Of a stretch of 64,000 bases of DNA, positions 8,998 to 19,600 are shown in pieces. How positions within the stretch are numbered: the first letter of the stretch is position 1; each line of letters opens with the position of its first letter. Source of the stretch: Verrucomicrobiota bacterium (GTDB lineage: Bacteria; Verrucomicrobiota; Kiritimatiellia; RFP12; UBA1067); contig JAHFSX010000003.1 in NCBI GenBank assembly GCA_023269675.1, positions 255,018 through 319,017 of the forward strand. The letters run 5' to 3'. Position numbers and translations under genes: made by a program. A model generated the notes under the pieces. It saw only the letters and a program-made list of their open reading frames with translations, was not told where the DNA came from and made no database searches.

Positions 8998-11900
8998 TTA
9001 TTGCACCCGCAGCAGGGTGCCGGACTTGTCGTGCAGGACCGTCAGGATGCCGGTGCCCGCGAAATGCCCGCTGTCGATGAAGTAGGCGCCGCTGCCGGGC
9101 GCGCCGTAGGTGCCGACGCGCTGCTGCTTGTTGCCGAAGAACAGGTACCCGACCGTCTCGTTCACGCCGGCGGCCAGGTTCACCTTGGCCGTGTTGCCGT
9201 TCGCGATCGTGAGCGTCGCGGAGTTGGTGATGCAGGTCGAGGACTGGAGCGACAGCGTCGTCGTGCCCGCGCCCGTGGCGGCGACCGTGACATTGGTGCT
9301 GTTCCCGAGGTTTGTGGCGGCGAATACCACCAGAGTGCCGTTGCTGACCGTGATGTTGCCGACGGTGCTGTTCAAGGCGTTGGAGAGGGTCAGGCTGCCC
9401 GTGCCGGTTTTGACAAGGCTGACGGCCCCCGCGAGCTGCCCGTCGTAGGTCGTGTTGGCGCTCTGGTTCACCGTCAGCGTGGCCGGCAAAACGCTCGTGA
9501 TGACGACCAAGCCGTTTGAGGGTTCGGCCCGTTGCAGTCCGCCGATGGTCTGGTCGAACCCGTTCAGGTTCAGGTTCGCGTTGGGGCCGTACCAGACGCC
9601 GCCGATTTTCAGCGTGGCGTTCGTGGGAAAGGCGTTGGCGACATCCGTCCGCAGGCTTCCGCCCGTGAAAAGCGCGGCGCCCCAGCTGTTTCCCGCCACG
9701 CCCAGAACCGTGAGCCCGCCGGAGTCGGTGTGGAAGGTGCCGGTGCCGAGATTGAGGGGCGCGGCGGTGAACGTGACCGTGCCTTGGGCGTTGACGACGA
9801 AGAAGGGATTCGGCCCCGTGACGCCGCCGGTGATGTTGAGGAGCGTGCCGGCGTTGGCCACGTAGCGCCCGCCCGAGGTGGTGATCGGGCCGCTCACGGT
9901 GTTGGTTCCGGCCGCGTTCACCAGGCACCCCCCGTTGACGGAGCTGCCGATAAAGGTGAGCGGTTCCGCGAGGGTGATGCCGCCGGGCAGGTCGAGATGG
10001 GCGCTGGTCGCCCCCGCCGTGTTGACGACGGTTCCGCCCAGCGTGGAGCCCAGCGCGTTGGAGCTCGCGACGGTGATGCCGCCGCCCCAGAGGGTGGTCA
10101 CGCCGTCGTAGGTGTTGGTGCCTGAAAGGACCAGCGTTCCGTTGCCGGTCTTGGTAAAGCCCAGCGCGTCAGCCCCGTCGCCGATGTTGCCCGAGACGGT
10201 CAGGGTGGTGGCGCCCGAGAGGTTGGTGACGCTCCACGTCTGGTTCTCGATCAGGGTCACATCCTCCGCCACCGTGTACGCGCGGGAGGTGGCCGTCGGC
10301 GCGTACGCCGTGAGGCCGCCCAGCCCGAGGGTCAGCGCGCCGTCGCCGTTGGCGAGCGTGAAGGCCCCGTCGCGGTTGAAGGCGAGGCCATAGAGGCTCG
10401 CGTTCGTGTTGACCGTGGCCGCGCCGCCGCTGCTGGCGAAGAAGACATACGAGGTGCCGGTGAACGCCGGCAGCGCGTCGCCCTCCCAGTTCGCCGCAGT
10501 GGTCAGATTGCTGTCCGCGCCGCCGCCCGCGTCCCACGTGTAGTTGGTCGCAAGGATCGGCGGATTGCTCAGCACGGAGAGCTTCCCGCTGCCGCTGAAA
10601 TGCGCGGTGTCGAGCGTGGTCGCACCGCTGCCGGCTGTGGCTCCGTACGTGCCTCGGCGCTGCTGGACGCCGCCCAGAAACAGCGTGTTCACCGTTTCGG
10701 TGAGATTGGTGCCGATCTTCACCTTCGCGGTGCCGTCCAGGATCGACAGGCTGGCGCTGTCCGCCAGGGCGGTCGCCGTCCGAAGCTCCAGCGTCCCCCC
10801 CGCCACGACTACATTCGTGCTGGCGCTGAACCCTGCCGCGTACTCGACCACGAGCGTCCCGTTGCTCACAGTGATGTCGCCCGTCGTGGGCGAGACCGCA
10901 TTGGTGAAGGTGATGGTGCCTGTTCCGGCCTTCACGAGGCAAACGGCACCGGCGAGCTGCCCGTTGTAGGTGGTGTTCGCGCTCTGATTCAGGGTCAAGG
11001 TCGCCCGCGCCGGGCTGGTCACTGTGCGGGTTCCCGCGTTCGTCGTGTCCGTGATCAGGGCGCCGATCGTCTGATCAGAGCGGTTCAGGTCAACGATCCC
11101 GTTTGGCTGATAGCCGACGCCGACGTACAGGGTCGTTGTCGTCGGCAGCGCGTTGGCGATATCCGTTCTCACGGTGCCGCCGGCGGCCCGGGTGTTATTC
11201 CAAACGTTGCCTGCCACGGCGATCGCCTCCATGCCGGACTGATCCGCCCAGAAGCCGCCGGACCCGAGGTTGACGGGGGCGGTGCTGAAGATGATCGTGC
11301 CGCCGCCCGGATTTAGAATCAGGTCGCCGGACGTGCCGGAGATGCCGCCGGCGATCACCAGCGTGGTGCCGCCCGACGCATTCATCCGCATCCCGTTCAG
11401 CGTGGTGATCAGGCCTCGCACCGTGTTGCTGCCGCCGCTGTTCAGCAGCGAAGCTCCGGAATTGGGACGCTGCTCGTTAAAGGTCAGCGGCTCGTCGACC
11501 ACGATGCCGCCGCTGATCTGGAGCCAGCCGCCCTTCGTCGAGCGGACCATCGTGTTGCCGTTGGTGCTGCCCAGCGCGCTGCCGTGGCTGATCGCGAGCA
11601 AGGTCCCGTTGCTGACGACGGTGACGCCCTCGTAGGTGTTGCTGCCGGTGAGCGTGAGCGTCGAATTCGTGACGTTTGCGAGCAGTCCGCCGGTTCCGCT
11701 CAGCGTCCCGTTCACCGTGACCGCCGCATTGGAGCCGTAGAACATGCGCGTGCCGCTCAGGATCATGGGCAGCTTGAGCGTCTGGGTGCTTGCGGAAAGG
11801 TTCCGCACATCGCCGCCCAGCGTGAGGCTGTTGCCCGAGAGGGTGAACGCGCCGGCGCCGCTGTTGAAGGTGATGCCGCCGAAGGACGTGTCGGCCGCCA

Positions 11901-12108
11901 GATTGTTGGTGTTCGCCAGCCTCGCCGAGCCGCCGAAGTAGAGCGCGTCATCGGCAACAGGCGCGGAGGCGTCCCCGGCCCAGTTGTTCGTGGTGCTCCA
12001 CTGGGCGTCGCTTCCGCCGCCGTCCCACGTCAGGTCCGCCGCAAGCGCAGCGGAGGCCAGCAGCACCGAGCCAAGCGTCATTGTCAGGGGTCTCATGTTC
12101 GTTGCCAT
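8998..12108 (-). CDS. giant secreted PATR-repeat protein (1036 aa), two tandem modules, type-A C-terminal tail
   Basis: Signal peptide MATNMRPLTMTLGSVLLASAALA; N-terminal module about 75% identical to that of the 12235-16581 gene; internal module boundary ...HFSGSGKLSVLSNPPILATNYTWDAGGG; tail HFAGTGILTVLHDKSGTLLRVQ. Confidence 0.85.
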   Translation of the reverse strand: MATNMRPLTMTLGSVLLASAALAADLTWDGGGSDAQWSTTNNWAGDASAPVADDALYFGGSARLANTNNLAADTSFGGITFNSGAGAFTLSGNSLTLGGDVRNLSASTQTLKLPMILSGTRMFYGSNAAVTVNGTLSGTGGLLANVTNSTLTLTGSNTYEGVTVVSNGTLLAISHGSALGSTNGNTMVRSTKGGWLQISGGIVVDEPLTFNEQRPNSGASLLNSGGSNTVRGLITTLNGMRMNASGGTTLVIAGGISGTSGDLILNPGGGTIIFSTAPVNLGSGGFWADQSGMEAIAVAGNVWNNTRAAGGTVRTDIANALPTTTTLYVGVGYQPNGIVDLNRSDQTIGALITDTTNAGTRTVTSPARATLTLNQSANTTYNGQLAGAVCLVKAGTGTITFTNAVSPTTGDITVSNGTLVVEYAAGFSASTNVVVAGGTLELRTATALADSASLSILDGTAKVKIGTNLTETVNTLFLGGVQQRRGTYGATAGSGATTLDTAHFSGSGKLSVLSNPPILATNYTWDAGGGADSNLTTAANWEGDALPAFTGTSYVFFASSGGAATVNTNASLYGLAFNRDGAFTLANGDGALTLGLGGLTAYAPTATSRAYTVAEDVTLIENQTWSVTNLSGATTLTVSGNIGDGADALGFTKTGNGTLVLSGTNTYDGVTTLWGGGITVASSNALGSTLGGTVVNTAGATSAHLDLPGGITLAEPLTFIGSSVNGGCLVNAAGTNTVSGPITTSGGRYVANAGTLLNITGGVTGPNPFFVVNAQGTVTFTAAPLNLGTGTFHTDSGGLTVLGVAGNSWGAALFTGGSLRTDVANAFPTNATLKIGGVWYGPNANLNLNGFDQTIGGLQRAEPSNGLVVITSVLPATLTVNQSANTTYDGQLAGAVSLVKTGTGSLTLSNALNSTVGNITVSNGTLVVFAATNLGNSTNVTVAATGAGTTTLSLQSSTCITNSATLTIANGNTAKVNLAAGVNETVGYLFFGNKQQRVGTYGAPGSGAYFIDSGHFAGTGILTVLHDKSGTLLRVQ

Positions 12109-12234
12109 ATGCCTTACCTACTTTTATGCGCCTGTTGCCAAAAGGTGCCAGGTTTTCCGGGCACGCGATCCGCGACGGGGGTCATCGCGGGCTACCTAAA
12201 CTCATGTGCGAACGCACGCATGAATGATCCTGCT

Positions 12235-15200
12235 TTACCGTACAATCAGCACCGTGCCTAGCGGCAGGAGGACCACCTCGCCGGTCGGAAGCTGTGAAGC
12301 GGCCTGCCCGGTCGGCGACGTGATCTTCTTAAGCTGGTTTTTCGTCAGGCTGGCCGAGGTGCCGACGAAGAGGCGGTCGGCGCCGGCGGTCCAGTTGCGC
12401 AGCATGAGCGCGCCGTCCCAGGTCTGGCTCGCGCTGTCCGCGAGGGTCAGCGTGCAGCTCCCGCTGCCGAAGTCGAGGGCGGCCGCGCCGTCGACGTCCA
12501 GCGCGCCCAGGGTCTCGCTGAAGCCGGCGGTGGCGAACGTGCCGCCCGTCAGGCGCAGCGGGCTCGCGTTGTCGATGCGCTCGGCAGCGGCCAGCCGCAG
12601 CGTTCCGCTGGCCACCGTGGTCGCGCCCGTGTAGGCATTGCTGGCGGCCAGCACGACCGTGCCGGTTCCGGTCTTGGTGAGGCCGCCGGGGCCGCTGATC
12701 ACGCCGGTCACGATCACGGCGTTGGTGCCGGCCGAGGCGGAGGTGAGTTGCACGGTGTTGCTGAGCAGGAAGGCGCCGCTGAAGACCGCGCTGTTGGTCG
12801 CGACCGACCCGACGGAGACGCTGGCGCCGTTCGTGTACGGATACACGCTGATGCCGCGCGCGAAGGTGTAGTTGCCGTCGAAGACGAGCGCCACCGTGTT
12901 CGAGGATGTCGTGCCCGCGTCAGCTACCTGCACCGCCGTGTTGGTATTGCCCAGGGGGCCCGAAATGTTGGGGAACACGCTGGCGCCAACGATCAGCCGC
13001 CCGTTCCGGACCGTCGTCGTGCCATGGAACACGGAAGCGGTGCCGCTCAGCTTGAGCGTGCCCGCTCCGGTTTTGCGGATGTCGCTGACCGCCTGCAGCG
13101 GCTCGGCCCCGCTGTAAATGCCGAAACTCGCGCTCACCAGAAGGTCGATGTCGGCCGCGCCGTCGTTCACGTCGAACGTCTTGGTGTTCGAGCCGCCGGT
13201 GCCCGGCCCCTGGAAGAGCCCCGCCGCAATCGTCGCCGTCGCGTTCGTGCCGATGTAGCGGACGATCTGTTCGCTGTTGGCGGCGCTGGCTTCCAGAGGA
13301 TTCGAGCAGCCGAGGTAGACCCCGTCTCCCAGCGTCAGCGCCGGACCGTTCGCCGCCTGGCGCCACACGTTGAGCTGCGGCGTATCGTTGGCCACGTTCA
13401 GCAAGGAGCCTTCGTTGAGCACGATCGCGTCGACGCTGCCCAAGAAGCCCCACGTCGCTCCACCCGTCCCGTCGTAGCCGAAGGAGAGAGAGCCCGGGCC
13501 ATTTTTCGTGATGACGGTTCCCGAAGGTATGCTGCTGTTCGTGATGCTGGCGAAGGTGAGCGTCGTGCCGGGCTGAGTCACGTCGAAAGTCGCGGTCTTG
13601 CCCGCGCTGACGGTGAATCGGCGGTCCGTGCTCGTGGTCGGCCCCGTGTACCGCAAGGTGCCGCCGTCGAAGACCAGTTTGGAGGCGGCACTGGACGACG
13701 CGCCGATTGAACTGGCGAACAGCCCGTTCGTGAGCGAGCCGGCGCTCAGAACGCCCGAGGTGAGCCACGTCGCGCCGGTGTAAGTGTTGGCCCCGGAGAG
13801 GGTCAGGGTGCCCAGTCCGAGCTTTTGAAACCCGAGCATATTGCCGCCCGGATTGCCGATGACCGAACTGTAGATGAACTCGCCGCCCGGCGCATTGGTG
13901 GTGTCGAGCCCGAGGAGCGAGCCGGTCTTGAAGCCGCCGCCGGCCGACCCCAAGCCTTTGAGCACATCCAAGTCGCCGGGGGCGAACTCGCCGCTGCCGC
14001 CGACGTTGAAGGCCAGCGTCGCGCCGCTGTTCACGATGATGGAGTTGGTGGTCCACTGCGCGGTGTCGCCGTTATACAGGGCCGCGGTCTTGGCGATCTG
14101 CAGGGTGCCCGCGCTGACCGTGGTGGCGCCGGCATAAGTGTTGGTGCCGGAGAGCGTCTGCGTGCCCGTACCGTTCTTGGTCAAGCCGCCGCTGCCGCTG
14201 AGGGCCCCGGCAAAGGAGGCCGGCTGGGTGTTGGCGCCGAGGCTGAGCGTGTTGGCGCCGAGGCTCAGCGCGTTCGCTCCCTGGAGGCCGCTGAGCGTGT
14301 AGGTCACCGGGCCGGCCAGCGTGAGCACGACGCTTTGCGGTCCGGCCGTGCCGGTGTTGAGGATGCTGTTTTTCAGCGCGTCGACCTGTCCGAGCTCGAG
14401 CGTGCCGGCATTCACGGTGACTGTGCCGCTGAAGGTGTTGGCGGCTGTCAGCGCCAGCGTGCCCTCGCCGGTTTTTGTCAGGGTGCTGCTGCCAGCGATG
14501 ACTTTGGCCACGGTCAGCTTAGTCGCCGCGTCAGTCTCGAAGGTGCCTCCCGACGCGCCCACGCTTAATCCGCGGTTGCTGTCGTCGACGGTGAAGGTCG
14601 CCGTGCTTTGCAGGGTGCCTCCGTTGAGCGTGAGCTGGTCGGCCGCGCTGCTGCCGGGGTTTGCGCCCAGGGCCGCCTCGCCGGCCGCGCTCAGCTTGCC
14701 GGCGTTGACGAAGGTTTTTCCGGTGTAGGTGTTCACGCCGGCGAGCGTCAGGGTGCCGCCGCCGGTTTTGGTCAGCGCGCCGCTGCCGGCGATGATGTTG
14801 GCGATGGCCAGCGTGGTGGCGGCGGGCGTTTCAAAGGTGCCTCCGGCCGGGGCCAGGGTCACGCCGCGGTTGCTGTCGTCCAGCGTGAAGCTGGCCGCGC
14901 CGAGCAGGGTGCCGCCGCTGAGCAGCAGCTGGTCGGCGACGCTGCCGCCCGGGTTCGCGCCCAGGAACGCCTCGTCCGCGACACTGAGCTTGCCGTTATA
15001 GAGGGCGGTCTTGCCGCTGTACGTGTTGTTGCCGGAGAGCACCAGCGTGTTGGTTCCCAGCTTGACGATGCCGAGGCTGTTCCCGTCCGGATTGCCGACA
15101 TCCGAGGCGTAGGTGAACGTTCCTCCCGGCGCGAACGAGGTGTCGAGCCCGAAGTAAGACCCGCTCAGGAAGCCGCCTGTGGCGGAGCCGATCCCCTTAA

Positions 15201-16581
15201 GCACGTCGAGATCCGCCGCGGTGAACTCGTTCGATCCGCCGACATTGCAGGCCAGAACCGCGCCGTTGCTCACGATCAGGCTCGAGGCTGTCCAAAGCTC
15301 CGTTGTGCCTCCGAAAAGCGCGCTGCGCTTCGCGGCGAGCACGGTTCCGCCCCCCACGGTCACCGTGCCGGTGGCGGTGTTGTTGCCGGAGAGCGTCAGC
15401 GTGCCTGCGCCGGTCTTAGTCAGGCCCACAGCCCCGGTGAAACGTCCGTCATATGTCGAGGCCGAACTCTGATTGACGGTCAGCGTGGCCGGCATCGCGC
15501 TGGTCACCGTGCGGGTGCCGGCATTCGTGGTGTCGTTGCGCAGCTGGCCGACGGTCTGGTCGAAGCCGTTCAGGTTGAATGTGCTGTTAGGCCCGTAAGA
15601 GATGCCGAGGCGCAAAGCGGTCGAGGCCGGGAGCCCGTTCGTGATCTCCATCCGCAGCGTCCCGTTGGCCACCAGTGTCTCGCCCCACGTGTTGCCCGCG
15701 ACGCCCACGACGGTGAGTCCCCCGGAGTCCGTATAGAAGGCGTCGGAGCCGATGCTGAGCGGCTTCTCATAGAAGGCGATCGTGCTGCTGGAGTTGAGGA
15801 CGCAGAGTCCGCCGCCGCCTGTCATGCCGCCCGTGATGAGAAGAGCGTTCCCGTCCGCTTTGAGACGGGTCTGGCCCTGCCGCGTGATGGCCCCGCTCCA
15901 GATGTTGCTGCCGCTGCTGCTGTACAGAGAAGCGCCGCTGCCCGGCCGCTCGCCGATCAGCGTCAACGGTTCCGCCACCGTGATGCCGCCGCTGATCTGG
16001 AGCGAGCCGCTGGTGACGGAGCGGACCACGGTATTGCCGTTGGTGCTGCCCAGCGCGCTGGCGTGGCTGATCGCGAGCAGGCCGTTGCTGACGGTGGTGA
16101 CGCCCTCGTAGGTGTTGCTGCCGGTGAGCGTCAGCGTCGCATTCGTGAGGTTCACGAACAGGCCGCCGGTGCCGCTGAGGACCCCGTTGGCCGTGATGGA
16201 GCGGCTGACCCCGTAGAACATGCGCGTGCCGCTCAGGTTCATGGGCAGGCTGAGCGTCTGCGTGTTGGCGGAAAGGTTGCGCACATCGCCTCCCAGCGTG
16301 AGGCCGTTGCCCCAGAGGGAGAAAGCGCCCGCGCCGCTGTTGAACGTGATGCCCGCGAACGAGAGGTCGGCGGTCAGGTCGTTGGTGTTTGTCAGCTTGG
16401 AGGTGCCTCCAAAGAAAAGCGCGTCATCCGCCACGGGCGCGGTGAGGTTCGCGTCCCAGTTGGTCGCGGTTGACCAGTTGGCGTCGATTCCGCCGCCGTC
16501 CCACGTGCGGTCCGCCGCACAGACCGTAACCGCCGTCACGGCGGTCAACGCCAGACTCACGAGCATACGCTTCATTTTCAT
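12235..16581 (-). CDS. giant secreted PATR-repeat protein (about 1448 aa), type-B C-terminal module
   Basis: Start chosen at MKMKRML with a GGAG SD (track start 16632); internal tandem roughly 75-aa repeats (LGANPG.S.ADQL.L.GGTL...DDSNRG...GGTFET); the last ~150 aa are near-identical to the 16698-20126 gene, ending GEVVLLPLGTVLIVR. Confidence 0.85.
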   Translation of the reverse strand: MKMKRMLVSLALTAVTAVTVCAADRTWDGGGIDANWSTATNWDANLTAPVADDALFFGGTSKLTNTNDLTADLSFAGITFNSGAGAFSLWGNGLTLGGDVRNLSANTQTLSLPMNLSGTRMFYGVSRSITANGVLSGTGGLFVNLTNATLTLTGSNTYEGVTTVSNGLLAISHASALGSTNGNTVVRSVTSGSLQISGGITVAEPLTLIGERPGSGASLYSSSGSNIWSGAITRQGQTRLKADGNALLITGGMTGGGGLCVLNSSSTIAFYEKPLSIGSDAFYTDSGGLTVVGVAGNTWGETLVANGTLRMEITNGLPASTALRLGISYGPNSTFNLNGFDQTVGQLRNDTTNAGTRTVTSAMPATLTVNQSSASTYDGRFTGAVGLTKTGAGTLTLSGNNTATGTVTVGGGTVLAAKRSALFGGTTELWTASSLIVSNGAVLACNVGGSNEFTAADLDVLKGIGSATGGFLSGSYFGLDTSFAPGGTFTYASDVGNPDGNSLGIVKLGTNTLVLSGNNTYSGKTALYNGKLSVADEAFLGANPGGSVADQLLLSGGTLLGAASFTLDDSNRGVTLAPAGGTFETPAATTLAIANIIAGSGALTKTGGGTLTLAGVNTYTGKTFVNAGKLSAAGEAALGANPGSSAADQLTLNGGTLQSTATFTVDDSNRGLSVGASGGTFETDAATKLTVAKVIAGSSTLTKTGEGTLALTAANTFSGTVTVNAGTLELGQVDALKNSILNTGTAGPQSVVLTLAGPVTYTLSGLQGANALSLGANTLSLGANTQPASFAGALSGSGGLTKNGTGTQTLSGTNTYAGATTVSAGTLQIAKTAALYNGDTAQWTTNSIIVNSGATLAFNVGGSGEFAPGDLDVLKGLGSAGGGFKTGSLLGLDTTNAPGGEFIYSSVIGNPGGNMLGFQKLGLGTLTLSGANTYTGATWLTSGVLSAGSLTNGLFASSIGASSSAASKLVFDGGTLRYTGPTTSTDRRFTVSAGKTATFDVTQPGTTLTFASITNSSIPSGTVITKNGPGSLSFGYDGTGGATWGFLGSVDAIVLNEGSLLNVANDTPQLNVWRQAANGPALTLGDGVYLGCSNPLEASAANSEQIVRYIGTNATATIAAGLFQGPGTGGSNTKTFDVNDGAADIDLLVSASFGIYSGAEPLQAVSDIRKTGAGTLKLSGTASVFHGTTTVRNGRLIVGASVFPNISGPLGNTNTAVQVADAGTTSSNTVALVFDGNYTFARGISVYPYTNGASVSVGSVATNSAVFSGAFLLSNTVQLTSASAGTNAVIVTGVISGPGGLTKTGTGTVVLAASNAYTGATTVASGTLRLAAAERIDNASPLRLTGGTFATAGFSETLGALDVDGAAALDFGSGSCTLTLADSASQTWDGALMLRNWTAGADRLFVGTSASLTKNQLKKITSPTGQAASQLPTGEVVLLPLGTVLIVR

Positions 16582-16697
16582 AGTCTCCGCCGCCTTTTTT
16601 CTGTTCTGCTCTGGGGTGCGGGGCGTGAGCACCGCCAGCTGCGGCGATCTTCATTTCACCGCAGTCAAGCGGCGCCGAAGTGCCGCACTTCAAAGAG

Positions 16698-19600
16698 CTA
16701 CCGTAAAATGAAAACCGTGCCCAGCGGCAGGAGGACCACCTCGCCGGTCGGGAGCTGCGAGGCGGCCTGCCCGGTCGGCGACGTGATCTTCTTAAGCTGG
16801 GCCGTCGTCAGGCTGGCCGCGGTGCCGACGAAGAGGCGGTCGGTGCCGGAGGTCCAGTTGCGCAGCACGAGCGAGCCGTCCCAGGTCTGGCTCGCGCTGT
16901 CCGCCAAGGTCAGCGTGCAGCTCCCGCTGCCGAAGTCGAGGACGGCCGCGCCGTCGACGTCCAGCGCGCCCAGCGTCTCGCTGAAGCCGGCGGTTGCGAA
17001 CGTGCCGCCGGTCAGGCGCAGCGGGCTGGCGTCGGCGATGCGTTCGGCCCCGGCCAAGCGCAGCGTTCCGGCGGTCACCGTCGTCGCGCCGGTGTAGGTG
17101 TTGGCCGCGGCGAAGATCACCGTGCCGGTGCCGGTCTGGGTGACGCCGCCGGGGCCGGAGATGCCGCCGGTGATGAAGAGCGCGTTGGTGCCGGTCGTCA
17201 CGGAGAGCAGCTGCAGCGTGTTGCTGGCCCCGATCGCGCCGCTGAAGGTGACGTTGTTGTTCGAGATGCTGCCCAGGATGGCGGAAGCGCCTGCGGGATA
17301 GACGCTCACGTCGCGCGCAAACGCGAAGCCGCTGTTGTTCGGGCCCTCGAAAACGAACGCGGGCGTGTCCGTCGGCTGAGTGCCCGCATCGCCAAGCTGG
17401 AACGCGTTTGTCGACTGCCCGATAACGCTCTTGCCGCTGGCGGGCACGCTCGCCGTGACGACGAGTCGGCCGCTGCGGACCGTGGTCGCGCCCCGGTAGG
17501 CGTTCAGGCTGTTCTTGAGGCGAAGCGTGCCGGCTCCGGTCTTACGCACGTTGCTGTTGGCGATGCCCGTGTAGATGTTGATTTCGCCCGGGATGTCGAG
17601 GTCGATCTCGTCCGCGCCGTCGTTGATGTCAAAGATGTGCGTATTGTACTCCAAGACCCCCGCCGCATTGGTGGTGGGCCCGGTCATTGTGAACTGTCCG
17701 CTCGTAATGCGTGCGCCGCTCTGCGTGCCCACGTAGCGGACGAGCATCTCGGCTCCGTTGACGTAGTTTTCCAGCGGCGTGTTGTAACCCAACACGGCGC
17801 CATCGCCGAGCAGGACCGCGGGTCCCTGGCTGGCCAGGGCGTGAACGTTCTGCTGGATGGTGGTCGGCGAAGGCTCGGTCAGCAGCGTGCCGCCCAACAC
17901 ATAGACCGCTTTGCACGTGAAATTGTACGTGGGCCCGGTGCCCTTGCCGAAAACCAAGGTTCCGGGGCCTGACTTGATGACCGTCGTGTTGGCCGAATCG
18001 AACACCGCGTTTGAGAGAGCCCCGAAGGTCAGAACGGTATTCGCCTGGGTCACGTCGAACGCATAGGCGTTGGTCACCGCGGCATAGGTGAAACCCCGGT
18101 CGGTCCGCGTGCTCGGGCCCGTGTACTGGAGGGCGCCCCCGTCGAACACCAGATTGCCACGATAGCTGGAGGACTGACCCATCGCGCTCGCCAATCCGCC
18201 CGTGGTGATGCTGTTGATGCTCAGCACGCCCTGGCTGATTTTGGTCGCGCCGGTGTAGCTGTTCATGCCGGTCAGCGCGAGGGTGCCTGCGCCGAGTTTC
18301 TGCAGGTTAAGGCCGTGACCTCCCGCGGGGTTGCCGAGCGTGTCGCTGATCTCGTAGAAGGCCCCCGGCGCGTTGGTCGCGGTCAGGGCCAGCCACGCGC
18401 CCGGCTTGAACCCCGTGGTGGCGGTGCCGAGCGCGGCGATGGTGCCGATGTCGGCGGACAGGAACTCGCCCGCGCCGCCGACGTTGAGCAAGAGCGTCGC
18501 GCCGCTGGCGACGGTGAATTTGTCGGAGGAGAGGGTCGCGCCGTTATACAGGGAGACCTTCTTGCCGACCTGCAAGGTGCCCGCGTTGACCGCGGTGACG
18601 CCCGCATAATCGTTGACGCCCGTGAGCGCGAGCGTGCCCGCGCCCGCCTTGTTGAGCCCGCCCGGACCGGTCATCGGATTCGCGACCGTCATGTCGGCGC
18701 CGGCTGCGGTCTCGAAGGTGCCGTTGCCGGTGCCGAGGGTGATGCCGCGGTTGACATCGCTCAGGACCAGAGGCCCGAGCGCCAGCAGGGTGGCGGCGTT
18801 GCTGATGAGCAGGTGGTCGGGAACATAGGCTTCGGGCGTGACGCCGAGGGCTTTGCCGGAATAGATTCCGAGTTTGCCCCCGCCGACCACGGTCTGCGCG
18901 CTCTGCTGGCAGTTGGTGCCCGTGACTTTGAGCGTGCCGGCCCCGAGTTTGACGAGGCGCAGCTGGCCGGCGAAATTGCTGTTGAACTCGGTCGTGCTGC
19001 TTTGGTTCACCGTCAGCGTGGCGGGACCCGTGCTGCTGGTGATCACGCGGACGCCGTCATTCGTGATGACGCCGGTGAGTGTGCCGACAGACTGGTCATT
19101 CCCCTGCAGGTCGGTGAAGCTGCTCCGCGCATACGAAACGCCGACCTCAAACATCAGGTTGGCCGGCCAGGCATTGGGCACTTCCAACAGCAATGTGCCG
19201 CCGGAGACCTCGATGTCGTTGACCGTGTTACCCGCAACCCCCAGAATGGCGGTACGGGTGCCGTGAAAGAAACATTTTTGGTTGTTTGCCAGAATCGGCT
19301 TCGTGCTGATTTTCATCACCGGTGTGCCGGCCGCGCTGCCGGAATCGAGAATCACGGTCGAGTTGAAGCTCGTGATGCCGCCGGTGATGTGGGCGTACAT
19401 GGACTGGTTCTGCACGCGGGCCTGGCCGCCCGTAATGGTGATGAGTCCGCTGTAGACGTTCGAGCCGGTTTGGAAAATCAGCATAGAGGGGTTTTGGTTC
19501 ACCAGCGTGATCGGTTCGGCGATGGTGAGGCCGTTGTAGACATCCACGCCCGCGCCCGTGTTGACGATCGTCCCTTGGGCAATGCCGCCAAAAGCGTACG

